Shown here: positions 60,721-64,000 of the stretch, piece by piece
Position numbering within the stretch: position 1 is the stretch's first letter
Layout of the letters: each line of letters opens with the position of its first letter
Assembly: GCA_963824495.1 (NCBI GenBank)
Contig: CAWGPQ010000006.1
Coordinates: 107,438-171,437 of the forward strand
Origin: an uncultured bacterium
GTDB lineage: Bacteria > Babelota > Babeliae > Babelales > Babelaceae
DNA: 64,000 nucleotides
Direction: 5' to 3'
Notes under the pieces: generated by a model
What the model was told of the DNA's origin: nothing
What the model saw: only the letters and a program-made list of their open reading frames with translations
Databases searched by the model: none
Position numbers and translations under genes: made by a program

Positions 60721-61800
60721 GTGAAATATATTACGAGCAATGATCTTGAGGCCCTTGCGCTTGGGGCTGGAATTTTAGGGTCAGGTGGCGGTGGCGATCC
60801 TGCTCTGGAGCTCTTGCTGGCACAGCATGTTCTTGAACAGTATGGACCTATTCGTTTGATATCGCCATTAGCTGTGCATGACAGTGATGTTGTAGCACCT
60901 GTTGCTTTTATGGGAGCACCATTGGTGTCTGTTGAGAAGATACCAAGTGGTAAAGAAGCAACAGCGCTTATTGCTCGTCTAGGGCACACGCTTGGCGTAC
61001 GACCAACGGTGCTTATGGCCGCTGAAATAGGAGGAGCGAATGCATTCACGCCATTAATTATGGCAGGGCCTCTTAATCTTCCGGTACTTGATGCCGATAC
61101 ACTGGGACGCGCATTTCCTGAACTTCAGATGAGCTCATGTAATCTTTATGGTATTTCTGCTTCTCCTGCTGTACTTGCTGATAGTCTTGGTAATACGACC
61201 GTGATTACAGCATCTGATGCTTGTACGATTGAAAGAATTGCGCGTTATAGCACTATTGCCATGGGATCAAGCGTTGCCGTCAGCCTTTATACCATGACAG
61301 GAAAGCAAGCACGCTCTGCCGTTGTACCCCATACCCTGACTCAAGCACGTGCCCTAGGAAGAACTATCTTAGATGCACGAGCCAATTCCCAAAATCCTAT
61401 TAACGCACTTGTTGCATATGCACACGCTGTTCTCTTGGGTATTGGGATGGTTGATGATATTAATCATGTAATTAAAGACGGTTTTTTGCGTGGCAAATTT
61501 CGTGTTCTTACAGCTGATACAGTTCTAGAAGTAGCGTATCAAAATGAAAACCTGATCGCTTATGTCAATGGTCGCGTTGCTGCAACAACTCCTGATATTA
61601 TAACACCGGTCCAGGTAGAGACGGGAGCACCTTTATCGTGCGATGCCCTCAGGTATGGCATGCGTGTTGCCGTGCTTGTCTTTCCTGCTCCTGATCTATG
61701 GAAGACAGCCAAGGGCCTTGAGCTGGTTGGCCCACGTTCATTTGGTTATGACATCGATTATATATCAGCATCAGCACATTCGAGTAATAAACAGGAGTAA
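60721..61800 (+). CDS. DUF917-family protein (S-methyl thiohydantoin desulfurase-like)
   Basis: GAGILGSGGGGDP, MGAPLVSVEK, EIGGAN, DADTLGRAFPELQM, QNEN, PDII and VGPRSFGYD motifs. Confidence 0.92.
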   Translation: MKYITSNDLEALALGAGILGSGGGGDPALELLLAQHVLEQYGPIRLISPLAVHDSDVVAPVAFMGAPLVSVEKIPSGKEATALIARLGHTLGVRPTVLMAAEIGGANAFTPLIMAGPLNLPVLDADTLGRAFPELQMSSCNLYGISASPAVLADSLGNTTVITASDACTIERIARYSTIAMGSSVAVSLYTMTGKQARSAVVPHTLTQARALGRTILDARANSQNPINALVAYAHAVLLGIGMVDDINHVIKDGFLRGKFRVLTADTVLEVAYQNENLIAYVNGRVAATTPDIITPVQVETGAPLSCDALRYGMRVAVLVFPAPDLWKTAKGLELVGPRSFGYDIDYISASAHSSNKQE

Positions 61801-61806
61801 TATATT

Positions 61807-63357
61807 ATGAATACTTATAGTATAGGGATTGATATTGGAGGTACCAATACTGATGGCGTAGTAGTGGACCAAGCTGGTTGCGTGATTACAACCTGTAAAA
61901 CACTCACGACACCTGAAGTTAGCCAGGGCGTAACACACGTACTCAACTATCTACTTGAGCAATCACGGCTCAGGCCGGATGCGATCATGGGAATATTTAT
62001 AGGAACCACGCATGCAACTAATGCCCTTTTAGAACGTGCTTATCTCTATAAAGTGGGAGCGATACGCATAGCAGGTCATTATCCTACTATACCTGTCGCT
62101 TATGGTTGGCCTTCTGATGCGCGTAACGCTCTGTTATGTGATGTTGTGACAATTGATGGCGGATTTGAGTGTGATGGACGCCCAATTACGTTACTTAGCC
62201 ATACCCAGATACGCATGGCTATCGAAAAGCTACTTAAAGCTGGAGCAGAAAGCTTTGCCGTTACTGGAGTTTTTTCACCGGTCAATGCTGAGCATGAGCA
62301 GTATGTTGCAGAGCTGATACGAGAAATTGTCGGATCTACTGTGCCCATATCACTATCACACACTATTGGTGGTATTGGTTTTATTGAGCGTGAAAATGCA
62401 ACTGTCCTAAACGCTGCTTTAAAAAAGAGCATGAAACTTGGCTTTGAAAACTTAGAGCTAGCGGCACAACAGCTTGGCTTTACCTGCTCGCTCTATTTAA
62501 CCCAAAATAATGGTACGGTTTTGCCTATCGAGCAAGCACTAGAATTTCCTATTTTGACTATTGCTTCAGGTCCGACTAACTCCTGTATGGGGGCTGCAAA
62601 GCTTGCTCAACTTCAGGATGCTCTTGTCGTTGATATAGGAGGTACCTCTACTGATGTAGGCATAGTACGTAATGGTTTTGTACGTCGTTCCGCTCATAGT
62701 GCTGTGATTGGTGGCATTAAGCTGAATTTCTCTATGCCTGATATTCTTTCTTGTGCTCTTGGGGGAGGTAGCTATATTACTTACGATAATAATACGCTTA
62801 AAATTGGACCCGAAAGTAGTGCAAAGCAGGTGCTTAAGCAGGCTCTCTCTTTTGGTGGTAATCGTCTCACCCTTCTTGATTGTGCTCTAGCAGGGAATCT
62901 TGTAACTATACCAGGCGCTCAAGTAGAGCTTGTAGCAGTTTCACCTGACTTTATTGGCCAGGTTATGAGACATGTTACTACGGAAATAACGTATCTTATA
63001 CAAATACTGGCGGGTCAAGAGTATGGCATGCTTCCTGTTGTGGTGGTTGGAGGGGGCGCTCTACTGGGACTTTTCAACGACAACGTTTATATCCCCGAGC
63101 ATGCTGCTGTCGCTAATGCTTACGGAGCAGCTTTAGCTGAAATATCAGCTACTACTGACACTGTTGTATCACTAGACCAGCGGGAGCGTGTTCTAGATCA
63201 ACTACGAGAGCAAACATGTGCACAAGCTATTTTGCAAGGCGCAGATGCAGCATCAACACGTATAGTGTATCAGGATATTATTCCGTATAGCTATATGCCT
63301 GGTAATCGAGCTCGCGTTATTATTACTGCCGCAGGAAAAAGGGCACATATAGGATGA
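61807..63357 (+). CDS. Hydantoinase/oxoprolinase family protein (HyuA-like)
   Basis: GIDIGGTNTD, GTTHATNA, ERENATVLNA, SGPTNS, VDIGGTSTD and ANAYGAA motifs. Confidence 0.93.
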   Translation: MNTYSIGIDIGGTNTDGVVVDQAGCVITTCKTLTTPEVSQGVTHVLNYLLEQSRLRPDAIMGIFIGTTHATNALLERAYLYKVGAIRIAGHYPTIPVAYGWPSDARNALLCDVVTIDGGFECDGRPITLLSHTQIRMAIEKLLKAGAESFAVTGVFSPVNAEHEQYVAELIREIVGSTVPISLSHTIGGIGFIERENATVLNAALKKSMKLGFENLELAAQQLGFTCSLYLTQNNGTVLPIEQALEFPILTIASGPTNSCMGAAKLAQLQDALVVDIGGTSTDVGIVRNGFVRRSAHSAVIGGIKLNFSMPDILSCALGGGSYITYDNNTLKIGPESSAKQVLKQALSFGGNRLTLLDCALAGNLVTIPGAQVELVAVSPDFIGQVMRHVTTEITYLIQILAGQEYGMLPVVVVGGGALLGLFNDNVYIPEHAAVANAYGAALAEISATTDTVVSLDQRERVLDQLREQTCAQAILQGADAASTRIVYQDIIPYSYMPGNRARVIITAAGKRAHIG

Positions 63358-63421
63358 CCTTAATGTACTATATTATTTTAATACTGGTTATTTTTCGAAG
63401 AGAAGACATCGCAGAGATACG

Positions 63422-63610
63422 ATGGGTGATACCCAGTTGCGCAAAGCTGTTCGTGATAAAGATGAAGCTCTTGTTCGAGCATTACTTGCTGCCGGAGCAG
63501 ATATAAGCCGAGGGGAGAAAAAGCTCTTGAAGCCTAACAACGTATTTGGGTATTATGGTCCACAAGAAAATCAAATAACGATTATAGCTATAGTGCCTCA
63601 CCCAAAGTGA
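63422..63610 (+). pseudogene. Single ankyrin-repeat remnant
   Basis: GDTQLRKAVRDKDEALVRALLAAGADIS resembles one ankyrin repeat, followed by unrelated sequence. Confidence 0.5.
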
Positions 63611-63727
63611 AGGTATACCTACCTAAAGATAAGCTAGCCGAAGTTCGCATATCTTGTTATCTACTATCTATAAATCTTATACTATGCCTCGGGGCATCGA
63701 TGTGTCTTTTATAAAATAGGAGAGTAT

Positions 63728-64000
63728 ATGAGCAATAAGACTATGAAGCCTCTAGCTGAAGTTTGTAACGAATGTATTAAGAAGTGTGAAGCGTGTCGTC
63801 TCATGGCTCTACAGATAGGAAATCGAGAGATTGATTCCCGTGCGCCGGCACAGTATAAGAAATTTGTGCAATCATATAGAGAATGCATGAGCGCATGCAA
63901 AGAATGCATTGAACAGTGTAAAGAGTATTTACGCTATTACCAGCCTCATAATAAGCTTGTTGCAAGATGCATAGAAGCTTGTGAAGAATGTATTAGAATG
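63728..64000 (+). CDS. Cys-rich four-helix-bundle protein (Csp/DUF326-like metal storage); runs off window end
   Basis: AGGAG RBS. Manual translation gives MSNKTMKPLAEVCNECIKKCEAC...ECMSACKECIEQC...RCIEACEECIRM, with alternating Cx2C/Cx3C spacing. Confidence 0.75.
   Translation, partial: MSNKTMKPLAEVCNECIKKCEACRLMALQIGNREIDSRAPAQYKKFVQSYRECMSACKECIEQCKEYLRYYQPHNKLVARCIEACEECIRM

Overview
A 64-kb AT-rich bacterial chromosome segment. It looks like a reduced-genome intracellular parasite of protists, most consistent with Candidatus Dependentiae/Babelota (TM6). This is an inference from the many signal-peptide ankyrin and coiled-coil orphan genes, the archaeal-type ValRS and the absence of biosynthetic genes. 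Housekeeping genes (tyrS, rlmB-like, ftsQ-like, ftsA, ftsZ, pgeF, mscL, secA, galE, hisS, ybeY, valS) are interspersed with large accessory blocks. These are: (i) a five-member alpha/beta-hydrolase family in which three tandem copies have lost the catalytic Ser and gained long variable tails; (ii) a ~10.5-kb minus-strand array of secreted, domain-shuffled helical proteins, including a polyproline/coiled-coil/HPD-less J-domain protein; (iii) ankyrin proteins with a conserved C-terminal F-box-like LPAEI motif; (iv) a cluster of tiny basic or hydrophilic proteins carrying a His/Cys variant of the KGG/GsiB-type stress motif; (v) two paralogous 56-57-aa peptides with His/Trp/Tyr-rich tails directly upstream of an orphan-NCS1 permease-DUF917-hydantoinase operon. 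Several accessory genes are broken by single in-frame stops. I saw no rRNA, tRNA, CRISPR array or transposase. All family assignments are by-eye motif recognition; no searches were run.
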